A DNA stretch of 64,000 bases from the NCBI GenBank assembly GCA_020355185.1, contig CP070662.1:350357-414356 (forward strand), given 5' to 3'. This DNA comes from an archaeon (lineage in GTDB: Archaea > Aenigmatarchaeota > Aenigmatarchaeia > PWEA01 > JAGHBM01). Under the pieces are notes generated by a model, which worked only from the letters and a program-made list of their open reading frames with translations, was not told the DNA's origin and searched no databases. Both the position numbers and the translations under genes were made by a program. Shown here piece after piece: positions 45,801 to 53,100 of this stretch. Each line of letters begins with the position of its first letter. The first letter of the stretch is position 1.

Positions 45801-48800
45801 TTGAATAAAGAGGATCCGTTATATGCTGTAACCCAGATATCAGTCCAGTTTATTTCATCGATATTGGAGGAGTCGTTATAATCAAAATTCACCCCTCTTA
45901 TTCTCAAGTCCCTGTTTCCAGCAGTTTCCCAAGCACTCAAGACAGAAGAGTTGGTTGTGGAAAGACTAAAATTACCGGTTGAGTTTACACTGAAGTTTCC
46001 TATTTCTATCCATCCGCCACCATCTGTTGTTGCCATTTCCAGTTGTAAGTCGGGGTTGCCATTTCCGTTATTAGAAGAACCCGAGTTGTTGTAAAAAGAA
46101 ACATTAACAGTCACCGTTAATTTTGTCAAATCCTCCATATTTCCTGACAAAACATCATTGTAAGTCGTGTAGGATGTGTTTGCTTCTCTATCCACATCCT
46201 CTAAGGCAGAGTAAGATATGTTTATATCATCAAACCCCCTGCCATCATTTGTGCACGGAAAATTATCATGCTGCATGAATTTTACCGCGAAAGATCCGTT
46301 AACCTCGGAACAAAAGTCCGGGTCAGCTGAAATGTTATGTTCATGGTATCCCCAACTTCCCTCGTCTGTTGTGAGCGCTTCAAGTCTGTACCAATAACTT
46401 CCGTTACAGGTGAAGAACACACCGTCACCGCAGGCACTGTTGCCTGAACAGCCTGACTGGTAGTCTCCGTAATGGTCTCCTAATTGATGGGATTCTTCTC
46501 CTGTTTCTATATGATAAAAGCTAAGAATTATGTTACTTGCTCCTGAGAAATCATAAGTAGTCTTAATTACATTAGTCTCGTACTGGTTACTAGAAGTGAC
46601 ATCCATCCAAAGATAATAAAGTCCTGAATTTGGCGAAGTACAGGCAGATAACTGGACATCTGTTGAGTTATAAGTTCCCGGATTTCCTATCACAGTCCAA
46701 TTGCCCGTAATACCACCGCTTTCAAAACCATCAAAAAATTCTGCAGGAAAAGTTCCCGGTGTTTGAGCCTTTTTCTGTATTTCCCCAGACTCCCGGTCAT
46801 CAGAAGTTAGGTCTTTGCCGAGTGTCAAGTTTACGTATTGGTTCAATCCGTACGAATCTTCAATTGCAAATACCGTTATCAATGCGCTGCCATTTACATA
46901 GAAATATGGGTCGTATTCTTGGATGTTCCCGTAAGTATCGTTAGCCCATATCGAATAATAATAGCTTCCGGTTTGCCAGGGTGTATAGTTATATTCATAG
47001 ATATCTTGCGTATAGTTGGTCATTTCTCGCCATTCCAAGGTGTCGTCGGGTAGCGTTATATTCACAAAAACCCTATCCACGTTTGAGTTATCAGTTACAT
47101 TTGCCGAGATGGTAACGATTCTTCCGAGCCCGCTTGTTTCAGGACTCGCATCAACATCAGCTATAACCGGTTTGGTTGCATCCGCGCTCATTATCATTAA
47201 ATGACTTTCGCTCGAGTTCGTATAATTCTGATTCCCAGCAAAATAACCTGTTACGTTGAACATATCATCAGGACTAAAACTACTTGTGTTTGTAAAGTTT
47301 GTCAGGGGAGTAAATCCTGGGGAGTTGGAAACGTTTTCTGTTATCCCAGTAAAGTTTGTCCAGATTTCAACATCAACACCTGAAATATTCAAGGCTGCTG
47401 TTATGTTGGCGATTTGTCCCACTTCATAAACCACGTCTCCGTCCGTTCCGTTCAAGAGCAAATTAATTTCCGTGGGAGCTTTCTGGACGGTGAAAGACTG
47501 TATCGCCATGGTATCGTTCCAGTCATCTAACGTATCATTTGCCCAATAGTTCCATCCGACCGTTTTTCCTCCAGGAAGTTCTGAACTCGGGATACTGCAG
47601 TAATAAATGTTGCTTTGATTATCGCAAATTGGGTCAGTTGTCGTGTAGTTAGTCCATGTCCCGGTGTAGTTGCTCCTGAAAATAACCGTTCCCAAGCCGA
47701 CAGCATCGTTCCACGTGGAATTGCACTGCACGTCATTCCCGTAAACCGGGTTTCCCGCGGGGTTCTGTTGCACATCTGAATAGTTAGGCGGCGTGGTATC
47801 AACGCTAAAGTATCTGGTATCGGAATTGTTCATGTTACCTTTTGTGTCATTGCAGTAGAAAACCACGTAATTTGAACCGTCTGATATGCCTGAAAGATTG
47901 AGGTAAAAGTGCATGGTTGAATCATTGCTCATCGTCTGGTTTGCACCATCGTTCAGGGAAACGCCACACCAGTCACCGGTTTCGTCCAGAGTAACATTTG
48001 ACCATACCCAGTTCTGCTGATAAACTTGGTTCAGGGGGGACTCTATGGTGATTACCGGAGGATTATCATATGTTACATTCATGTAAGGCCTCAGGGAAGT
48101 GTCAACACCATATTCCTTTGAATACAAACGGTCTTCAGCGGAACTTGCAGTTTCCGGTGTCCTAATAACTATGGAAACGTTATTGTCTCCGTTTTCATAT
48201 TCCGACCTTACCGTATTGGTAACGTTCCAGCAGACCCAACCAACCGCGGTAGTTGCCTGCGTATCTTCTGATGTGAGATTACACTCAGCAGAATTATCGA
48301 ACCCAGGATCACATGGCTGATCGTTCCAAATTATTCCGCCTTCAGTCCATGTGTGGTTGTAAACATGATGCGCAGAAGCCTGGGCCGTGGCACCATTTTG
48401 ATACAAGTAAAGACAAAGCAGTGATTCGCTAATACCAACCTTGTTTGGTATCGAACTAATATTGAACTTGATGTAAGTTCTGTAGGCCCTGTCAGTTCTG
48501 TCCCTTATTCTGACATTGCTGTCATCACCATAATTCGTGGTTGCAGAGTTGCTTCTTACATGAGTGTCATCAAGGTTCTCCGAATCAGGAGCCTGCAGCT
48601 GCACTGTCGGGTCCAGAACGATATCAGAACCGGTGAAGTTGCTTATCCTTATATCTGCCGTATTTTCGTCTATCTGCTTGGTTTCAACCAAGATACCGGA
48701 GGTTGTGCAGTGGTCTTCCTCGTCGCACGTTAGGTTGTACAGGTCGGAGAAATCTATTTCCAATTCTCCGATTAGCAGGGTATCGTTATCCAGAACAGTT

Positions 48801-49666
48801 ATGCCCGACCCGGAGCTTATTGTAAGTCCAACGTATTCCAGACCCTGAACATTTGTAAACAAGTGAGACCACTTGTAATAACCGGATCCCTCTTTTATTT
48901 CAGTTTTAAAATTCATTGAGCTCGGAATCCCCTGTTCAAACCCTCCCATAACCACATAAGGTTCCAGGTTTGCGGTTTTGCCGTTCCATTCCAGTTCCAG
49001 ATTTTGTGAGGAGGCGTTGTAGGCAAAACCGACCAGTTCATTGAAGGGTCTGTAAATTCCTTCAGAATCTTCCATATTCATTTTTCCGGAGTAAAGACTC
49101 CTCGTGCAGCCATCACCGTTACAATTCTCTGTCCAGGTAGAACCGTACGTTGTTTTTGAAAAACCTGTTTCAGTTTTCGATTTAACAGTTACAGTTGGTT
49201 CAATCCAAGAAGTGGTGGTGGAGACAGAGGAAACCGTTTTTTGCATGTCCCCAATTTCAAATTCTTTTGTAACGCATTCTTTACCGGACCTGAGTATGAC
49301 CGTATAAAAACCATTTTCAAATTTAGGCAGGAATAACTTGTAAGAGCCAGACGAATCTGTTGATGTGGTCCTTTCAAATATTTCATTCTGAGAAGAATCC
49401 AAAACTGTCAGAGAGAAAGGCGTGTTTGAAGGTCCTGATATATCAAAACTTATTGATTCCTGATAAATTTCTGCATCAACAAAGAAAACTTCTGAAGATT
49501 GCGTCAAAGAACTGATGACAGGAAATAAAACAAAGGCCAAAACCATTACAAAGGCCGTGTTATAGGGATTTCTGGCGAATACGGAACCCTTCTTCAAACC
49601 GTTTTTTATTTTCAACGCAATCATATCAATCACAGTATTTTCTTGCATCCTCATCCGTTGTTCCAA
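36809..49666 (-). CDS. Giant secreted surface protein (4285 aa), multi-domain adhesin-like
   Basis: Uninterrupted 12.9-kb ORF. N-terminal signal anchor (AFVMVLAFVLFPVISSL). CarboxypepD_reg-like module. DNRLRE/CBM96-like modules (...NVRIRDRTDRAYRTYIKFNISSIP...LCLYLY; ...QRYYLKFNLSEIPDGAKILSANLTV). Many repeated Ig-like modules. Very rich in N, T, S, Y, W and in NxS/T sequons. The TTG at 49666 overlaps the upstream ORF, and the ATG at 49624 is an alternative start. Confidence 0.85.
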   Translation of the reverse strand: MEQRMRMQENTVIDMIALKIKNGLKKGSVFARNPYNTAFVMVLAFVLFPVISSLTQSSEVFFVDAEIYQESISFDISGPSNTPFSLTVLDSSQNEIFERTTSTDSSGSYKLFLPKFENGFYTVILRSGKECVTKEFEIGDMQKTVSSVSTTTSWIEPTVTVKSKTETGFSKTTYGSTWTENCNGDGCTRSLYSGKMNMEDSEGIYRPFNELVGFAYNASSQNLELEWNGKTANLEPYVVMGGFEQGIPSSMNFKTEIKEGSGYYKWSHLFTNVQGLEYVGLTISSGSGITVLDNDTLLIGELEIDFSDLYNLTCDEEDHCTTSGILVETKQIDENTADIRISNFTGSDIVLDPTVQLQAPDSENLDDTHVRSNSATTNYGDDSNVRIRDRTDRAYRTYIKFNISSIPNKVGISESLLCLYLYQNGATAQASAHHVYNHTWTEGGIIWNDQPCDPGFDNSAECNLTSEDTQATTAVGWVCWNVTNTVRSEYENGDNNVSIVIRTPETASSAEDRLYSKEYGVDTSLRPYMNVTYDNPPVITIESPLNQVYQQNWVWSNVTLDETGDWCGVSLNDGANQTMSNDSTMHFYLNLSGISDGSNYVVFYCNDTKGNMNNSDTRYFSVDTTPPNYSDVQQNPAGNPVYGNDVQCNSTWNDAVGLGTVIFRSNYTGTWTNYTTTDPICDNQSNIYYCSIPSSELPGGKTVGWNYWANDTLDDWNDTMAIQSFTVQKAPTEINLLLNGTDGDVVYEVGQIANITAALNISGVDVEIWTNFTGITENVSNSPGFTPLTNFTNTSSFSPDDMFNVTGYFAGNQNYTNSSESHLMIMSADATKPVIADVDASPETSGLGRIVTISANVTDNSNVDRVFVNITLPDDTLEWREMTNYTQDIYEYNYTPWQTGSYYYSIWANDTYGNIQEYDPYFYVNGSALITVFAIEDSYGLNQYVNLTLGKDLTSDDRESGEIQKKAQTPGTFPAEFFDGFESGGITGNWTVIGNPGTYNSTDVQLSACTSPNSGLYYLWMDVTSSNQYETNVIKTTYDFSGASNIILSFYHIETGEESHQLGDHYGDYQSGCSGNSACGDGVFFTCNGSYWYRLEALTTDEGSWGYHEHNISADPDFCSEVNGSFAVKFMQHDNFPCTNDGRGFDDINISYSALEDVDREANTSYTTYNDVLSGNMEDLTKLTVTVNVSFYNNSGSSNNGNGNPDLQLEMATTDGGGWIEIGNFSVNSTGNFSLSTTNSSVLSAWETAGNRDLRIRGVNFDYNDSSNIDEINWTDIWVTAYNGSSLFNNGPTDISGYLLMEIQTNNSGSWNVVEIIIDDTNTSTLRNISAGEYLDVGSIWNAEPWSTYGQETGWYRVYAALTDDEGNVLQNDDSSYIENVDYFELTLFVFSDITDTPDPVGYGYNVTISGDITGGDVDTALVEITYPDSASYNFTMVNISADTWQYNFSDTWQWSGYSYRIWANDSSGAGYFSDVNTFNVTVNATIDVSTENDSYGPNEYVNITVYYKSDEWWNSSWESRKQVNVTEPGVGDRTFWPIDTYVTFAQGKVVNCTKEIRVTSGKIDEISSQVYDEKYSSGYCVGANVVFLSNVSEGSTSTYYIYYNNSQASKPSYTGLNDPSVVDRGTGFSIGTSYGTGDTIQINGTYSGSNQPLVYFDLYSAQSIIAYDDWDLSPGMFHFWSNAGDVFGGCTFSGEADCGFITQHSDATNYSDAGNASSVVFDVVGPLMHKITMKAPGVANPAYPGVISGSEYTYVWRIYYTPDYEISRIEANYTSNFSTSFTETSWPDWPHERMPSWDINPVQDNFSYITPSGAVTEPLLGTELAQQHTDWNETWGVMHLDGSYGQTFGYFLLNSSYTPNNTNWAITNLGGTGGLWGMAWVPFNMQDSTISGIYTYEAYYVTLNGSNYVPVRNEWKKVENPVSVTLGSNESYDRISKVVNTGSVDMKYYIIMRVQHWTGSGWENTGFPVMDQSDGIQSTDAGQKKYLDTLWEAGGGWNTTLEPAGTYRIYAALVDLNGNALKDYSGSDLVATYNFTIISAYMELTNLTHENEYNFDVEEYETGDNIAWINVTVTNRNTTSVNASITLNVLDHLSSMVDWGPDETQYCGNLDADEACEKKFDNQTYGYPIPLDATSGNYNFFWNVTMGSDSGNTTQNSSINFTIHHVPDGFSSNMTPEKIYQNKSSLYNFTVANPWSKNLTSVNVTVNCPQGLGFTCNCTLAGQTNQNYCNLGTITGGGWKNATFNISTNSTPAGDYHINATINYTNPGGEYHSWGEQEDKILMLRIPGLSTEISEYPTIVTRGGSGDLRGYVNNTIVITVNDLWLNWTLPSGWTNSSGNLNENNETLAPGNIFWNNITAGLVISSQLGPQEVRLDTSCQEGYTDWDIVTITVYANTTINPSVNNSDPVGGETVRVSAYLKYDNGTEIPNQNITFNDTTTGYFIGWDLTDSGGLATVDYQLSSSETLGNHQINVSYDGKSSIYTNPSWNTTNITVHDKPFIKDVVNSPDSQGYGQNVTISANVTDWDGVNIVRVYVKPPEESYTAYDMTNYTQDVYEYNFSGTWKNGQYSYYVWAQDTAGKTNQSSVYYFNISSNATLNVKTIDDSYGPLEYVNLTSYIDQETTKNASYDVVAMFNGTRIDDPGTAGIGYKNDTSLDLADDDQITGIYDASGGDYTDTQSDDGSYWWYGSQGGSPNAYGELTFNITSLGIDENHITRLNFELVYCHDGSNGGGPSCDGDSPEGVPVGFQDVEVYNYSSGSWVDIGDLSTSDWGYEVNGSWDAYGKMSDFVNDSSNEIKARYEITYLGDDSLLAIDYAALNITYTTVKQRYYLKFNLSEIPDGAKILSANLTVSVTASASATGLVYHTNGTYNSSTPVNTIYDDGQPSECSESNPIGNFSASTAGNKTIDVLVSVNESYMADKDLVAYLINESGENAYFEIDGSQGTNQPELKIAYIRSAIKNTGNKDIKGYLTMKVQRYVGGGWQDVSGGIVLNNESHNISAGASLALDTLWNPSAWNTDLEPAGTYRVLGYLADPSGNILKNDDDSDILGYYQFSITEPLSLVQIQEIRIFDVTDASDKHTNTSDPVGSGLNTTFDLYTGNVYRAEIVAWVNDTSESNWTITSSDVIFHENLDSSWNINHTHDIWYENSTLNYTGGNWSPGKIEWNTSQGNMLVQVNNNVTFYYIFNITTGSGKKLVHFLINDTFWTEEDYSTYNLIPTEGLPPKLYNEIYGLTDYIVNRGDSLAAYARWNEEINDSKTEYNDTAFSLFNHTISPPYTGNWTNRTLYTNVSWLLGVHSLKIYSSDLNGNWNNTLYHLNFEVWGWSSIPSSYLDPSTVVQGNPLTVYCRVVSDNTSGVGGYNVVFYNSTNQLGTNNTNQTGWARFTFVDNSLGYENITCNITENSTLYYNVTSDYYEIKTLRTIETEPPKYSQVSQNVSVVHKGDAILYKSYWDDNEALDYAWLSTNETGTWQNSSLADAIVIENWAEFELTIPMSMTPGILGWRIYANDSSSNENMTQINTTEVWGWSEVSDSDLNPNIIYEGSSTLFSCRVTDLNGSAISGYNISFYNSTNILGANQTNSSGWAVWKYIDYSNGTDTLVCNITDYAAIMYNASSNNNKTETLTTKEPGEDITPPFAITYGINDTVVWKGDALLIYAQWNESIGNSYTMFNDTSSQIVGYATETIGGDNWTNHTINTNSSWIVGVHVTKINASDQVVPPNWNDSLGYKTFDVWGRSKVEWTGPSGSTYRGTVPLTCRVIDKDGLYGIENYQVDFYDDDWDYINSDNTNSTGYATVNWDAQTETVGPKTLRCLINNKPSAYYNTTAADDDASGSVTLIGILNISMGYPANESIYQVESLTWLNSTTKDENDIAVTPDQANWTNTTDYIASGENTTWIVPSGHSVGPELVTISVTKQYYDSGEDSITIFVRGWSKVDWISPDSGDNYTQGEIVPLTCLVENSNTSVGIQDYLVNFYVENSTHSVSLGSNFTNSTGHAIGSWDTTWYEDGVYYPKCNITDNSTLYYNASESYEDNTTVNITLPEGKLIVFLNEPPDNTITPRYKNFTVNATVICKESRCGTLYGKVRYNSSGTEPNTDVSTTPGDVPFYTFDLNPQSCNLDQDENYTFIWKVNSTGSLDEYYNIDVIFYNPSNDTTNSLIRIGLVLVLNVSTDEIDWGDRDPDIQGIAAPGNPYQIGLDKNSNDAQGLYIKGTDMAGTSTPIEVSNISWCRACAGYGVSARMNHTYEAIIEPADSGITHSVYFWLDTPPVYTGSYAGTVTIMANASW
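37550..40010 (-). repeat. Four tandem ~200-aa two-domain units inside the 4285-aa protein
   Basis: Each unit ends its first domain with V(W/R)G(W/R)S (VWGWSSIPSS, VWGWSEVSDS, VWGRSKVEWT, VRGWSKVDWI). An Ig-like domain follows with ...C(R/L)V.D/E...GY.V.FY...N.TG.A... and CNIT(E/D)..., spaced about 600 nt apart. Confidence 0.7.
48030..49160 (-). repeat. Conserved N-terminal module of the 4285-aa protein (paralogous to 53860-54985)
   Basis: About 375 aa collinear with the 1771-aa protein. DNA includes identical runs, for example AGGTTCCAGGTTTGCGGTTTTGCCGTTCCATTCCAGTTCCAGATTTT and GAGGAGGCGTTGTAGGCAAAACCGACCAGTTCATTGAAGGGTCTGTAAATTCCTTC in both copies. Confidence 0.85.
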
Positions 49667-50114
49667 TACATACGAAATATTCCAGGCTCGGTGAATACTC
49701 TCCCCTTTGCGTGCTTACGGCGAGCTGCCACTTTCCTACCTTCACCGCCCTTACCGAAACACCATCGTTCCCATTTTTGTATTCAAGTTCCCCTTCCAGA
49801 TGTTCCAATCCCTTTGGCAGTTCCAGTCTAACGCCTTCTATTTCCGGATTAATTTTCCATTCGATAACAGACTCTTCACCAATGGACATGATAAACCCAT
49901 TTCCCGTTTTTTCAACATGCCTTATATCAAATACAGCGTCTACCTCCGGTTCCATCAAAATAATTCCCAAAGCCGCCCCCATAATTCCAACTGCAATGAT
50001 TATTATCATGATTTGGTATGGTCGGGACGATTTAGGTTGGGTATTAGATCTGGGGGGAACCAGAAACGACTCTACAAACTCCCCGACCACATGTGTATAA
50101 ACCATTTTTACCAT
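49626..50114 (-). CDS. Single-pass membrane protein (162 aa) wedged between the two giant genes
   Basis: TM helix YQIMIIIIAVGIMGAALGIILM followed by a ~110-aa beta-rich ectodomain. Overlaps the 1771-aa stop by 7 nt and the annotated 4285-aa start by 41 nt. Confidence 0.6.
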   Translation of the reverse strand: MVKMVYTHVVGEFVESFLVPPRSNTQPKSSRPYQIMIIIIAVGIMGAALGIILMEPEVDAVFDIRHVEKTGNGFIMSIGEESVIEWKINPEIEGVRLELPKGLEHLEGELEYKNGNDGVSVRAVKVGKWQLAVSTQRGEYSPSLEYFVCIGTTDEDARKYCD

Positions 50115-53100
50115 GTTGCATTCGCCATTATAGTCATCGTGCCCACGTAATTCTGGGCCATTTTACCGTAAGGAACATTCAACCAGTAGTAGGTTGTCTT
50201 GTTCTGCCCCGATGGAACATTCTGGTCCATCAGAGAGTAGGAATATTCCATAGCTGAACCGGTGGAGGGATTGTTCTCAAAACTCCAGGAGATGTTGCCG
50301 GGTCCTATATCGTAGTTGGCCCAGGCTTCCCCCACCATATCAGTTGCCTTTATCCAAAGATAATCCAGGTCATTGCTGTTGGGATCCACGGAGATGTTGT
50401 AGTATTCGTCGGAGTTGTTCAGGGCGGGCCGTTCTGCCTCTCCAGGATCCAGTACCCCAAAACTTACGGTGTCAAAAGTCAGGCTCATGACCAGAACTTT
50501 GCCTATCTCCACTGTGCTGTTTTCGGTGTGGTTGCTTATCTGTGACGTTTCAAAGTAGGCCCCAATTTCGTAAAAATCTCCAAGAGTTCCGGTGGAATTA
50601 ACGCTCCACACCATTGTGGCGTTTTCATCCTGTCCTAAATTTTGCTGTTGCGGGTTGCTATCAAAGGTGTAGAACGGCGTTCCACTGTTTTCAGGTATAT
50701 CCGTATCCGGCTCATTTCCACTTGAGTTGTATCGGACATAGCCCTTAACAAGTCCGCAATTTCCCTTTAAACATATAACAGTAGCATTTATGGTGAAATT
50801 CCTGTACTGAGGAACTATGGTGTTATCCGGAGGAGTATTCAGTGTTACGTTCAGCAGGGCTTTTTGTCCGCCTCCGTATGCGTCAAATTCCGTAACGTTG
50901 AACCAGATGTGTGTAGAATTTTCCTGCATGTTGTAGTCTGAGGTTTCGTTAACCTCCCAAGAAGAACAGTTTGATGTCTTATAGTCCCAATTCGTGCAGT
51001 GAGCAATGTGGGAGACGTTAACTCCGGCCTTCGGTATACAGAGTGTCGCGTAGTCATAATTAACATTGAGTTCTTTCTGTGCATAAACAGGTGTAACGTT
51101 GCTTATTCCCTGAGGAAAAGTTCCCGTGTAGGTTTCCACTATCTGGGAAGTTATGTTCAGATTATCGGATATATTCACATTCTTCAGGTAAGTCTCCTGG
51201 AATCCAGAGGAAAGTTCGGTCCTGAGAGATATGTCATAAAGTTCGTATGCATCCACGTCAGTGGAAATGTTTCCCTGCCCTTCTGTAATAAGACTTCCGG
51301 TAGAATTATATAACCTTATATTGGTATTGCTGCTGGGACCGAGAGTAGTATTGACTGTTATGTTAAGTTCCGCCAAAACTTCATAAGAAAGTTCATCGGA
51401 AACCACATTGTTGTTGCGGGTATCATTTGCATAAATTTTCCATGCAATTACTTTGCCCAAACAGGAATCAGGCACGGTTCTGGTTACGTTGGACCAGGCG
51501 CCTGTCGGTTCTCCGGCCCAAGCCATCGAGCTTTCATTCTGGAAGCCCGCATCGCAGCCGGCTCCTGTCGCATTCCATGATAGCTTGTAAGTGTCAAGCC
51601 CCTTATCATCGCTCCAGTAAACAGAATGTTTGATTGTCGTGCCCTTGTAAATATCAGTAACGTTTATCTGTTCATCCGAAGGCGCGGGCGGATAATCCAA
51701 AATACCCAAAGGTTTTGTGACGTTTGAATCATATGTTGAATCACCCCAGTATACGTTGGCTACTCTGCCACCGGAACTCGTCACGTCCGCATACACCTTC
51801 ACCATAAGCCTCTGATTTTTGCTTATATTGAAGGAAGAGCCTGACCATATGGAAGGATATGAGTCCAAGTCAATCACGTCTGCCGTGTTGCCTGCGTTCT
51901 GGGTAACAGCTGTGCATCCGGTTCCGTCATTTTCACAGACTAGTATATCGTAATCAATATGAAATGTAATTGGTCCGCTTGTCCCTGTTCTTTGTCCCCA
52001 AAAAACAAAATCCCAGTTACCCGAGAGTATTTCCTGTGCAGGTAACTGGTTGGTTACAAACGTTGCAAGCCTATACCTTTGCACGGCGGCGCCCACGGTT
52101 GAGTTGCTGGTGCCAGAGGCAGTGTTGGTGCCGTTTAACCTGTAGAAGTTTCCGCCTGTAAGCACGGTGGTGTCATTTCTGAAGTAAAGGTTTTCAATCG
52201 GTTCACTGACCTCCATTATCCAGCTCTCCTCATCGGTTGTGTAATTTTCATCTCCTGTCCAGTTGGCTTTCACCAGATATTTTCCGTAATTAATGTTGCT
52301 GGTATTCGTTGTATTTGACAGTGGGTCAGGGCCCTCGTCAATTAACTCTAAAGGTCCGCTGAAGTTTGCATAGAGATAAAGATATTTCCCGGATACATTA
52401 AGTGTTGTCTTCAATTCCACAATTTGACCTTTAATATATTTTTTATTCCCTCTAGTCCCGTTAAGCAAAAGGGTCTGTTCCGTAGGACCCTTGGTTATGT
52501 TAAGTAACCGCGTAACAGAACCGCTGGTATAGTTTTCACCCCCGCTTGTATTGTACAGGTAAGAGTAAAGGTTTACCCCCAACCGCTTTAAATCACTTAC
52601 GGGAGAACCTAGAGAGATAGGCGTATCGTTCCTGTAAAGACTGAAAGTCAGGTCCTGAATAGCATCAGACCAAGCTGTCACGTTTGATACAACAGGATAA
52701 GTCAGGTCCTGGTTCTCTTCACTGCCGTTTATGGCCAGATGCAAATGTGAAGAAGGGTCTCTCTTTCCTACAGTCAGATAAAAAGTCTGACCAGTGAAAT
52801 TGCTGGTATAGTTCACATTCCCCGTAATGTTGACCTTGTAGGCGTACCCAGAAGGCTTCGCGCCCAAGACCAGGCTTTGACCGTTCTCCCCGGTTACGTC
52901 AGCACCGTCCCTGTAAAGGTGAACTGTTCCGGAACCAGTGTAAAGTGCGGCCCCGGTGGCGTTCGTCGCCTCCTCATACACAACGCTCATGTTCTGGTTG
53001 AGAAACTCTCCCGAGGAGTTCCTGAAGTAAAGCTCCACAGGATTGCTCTGGTTCTGCTGTATTGTAACGACCGCTGTAACACCGGTTAAGTTAGCAGTCC

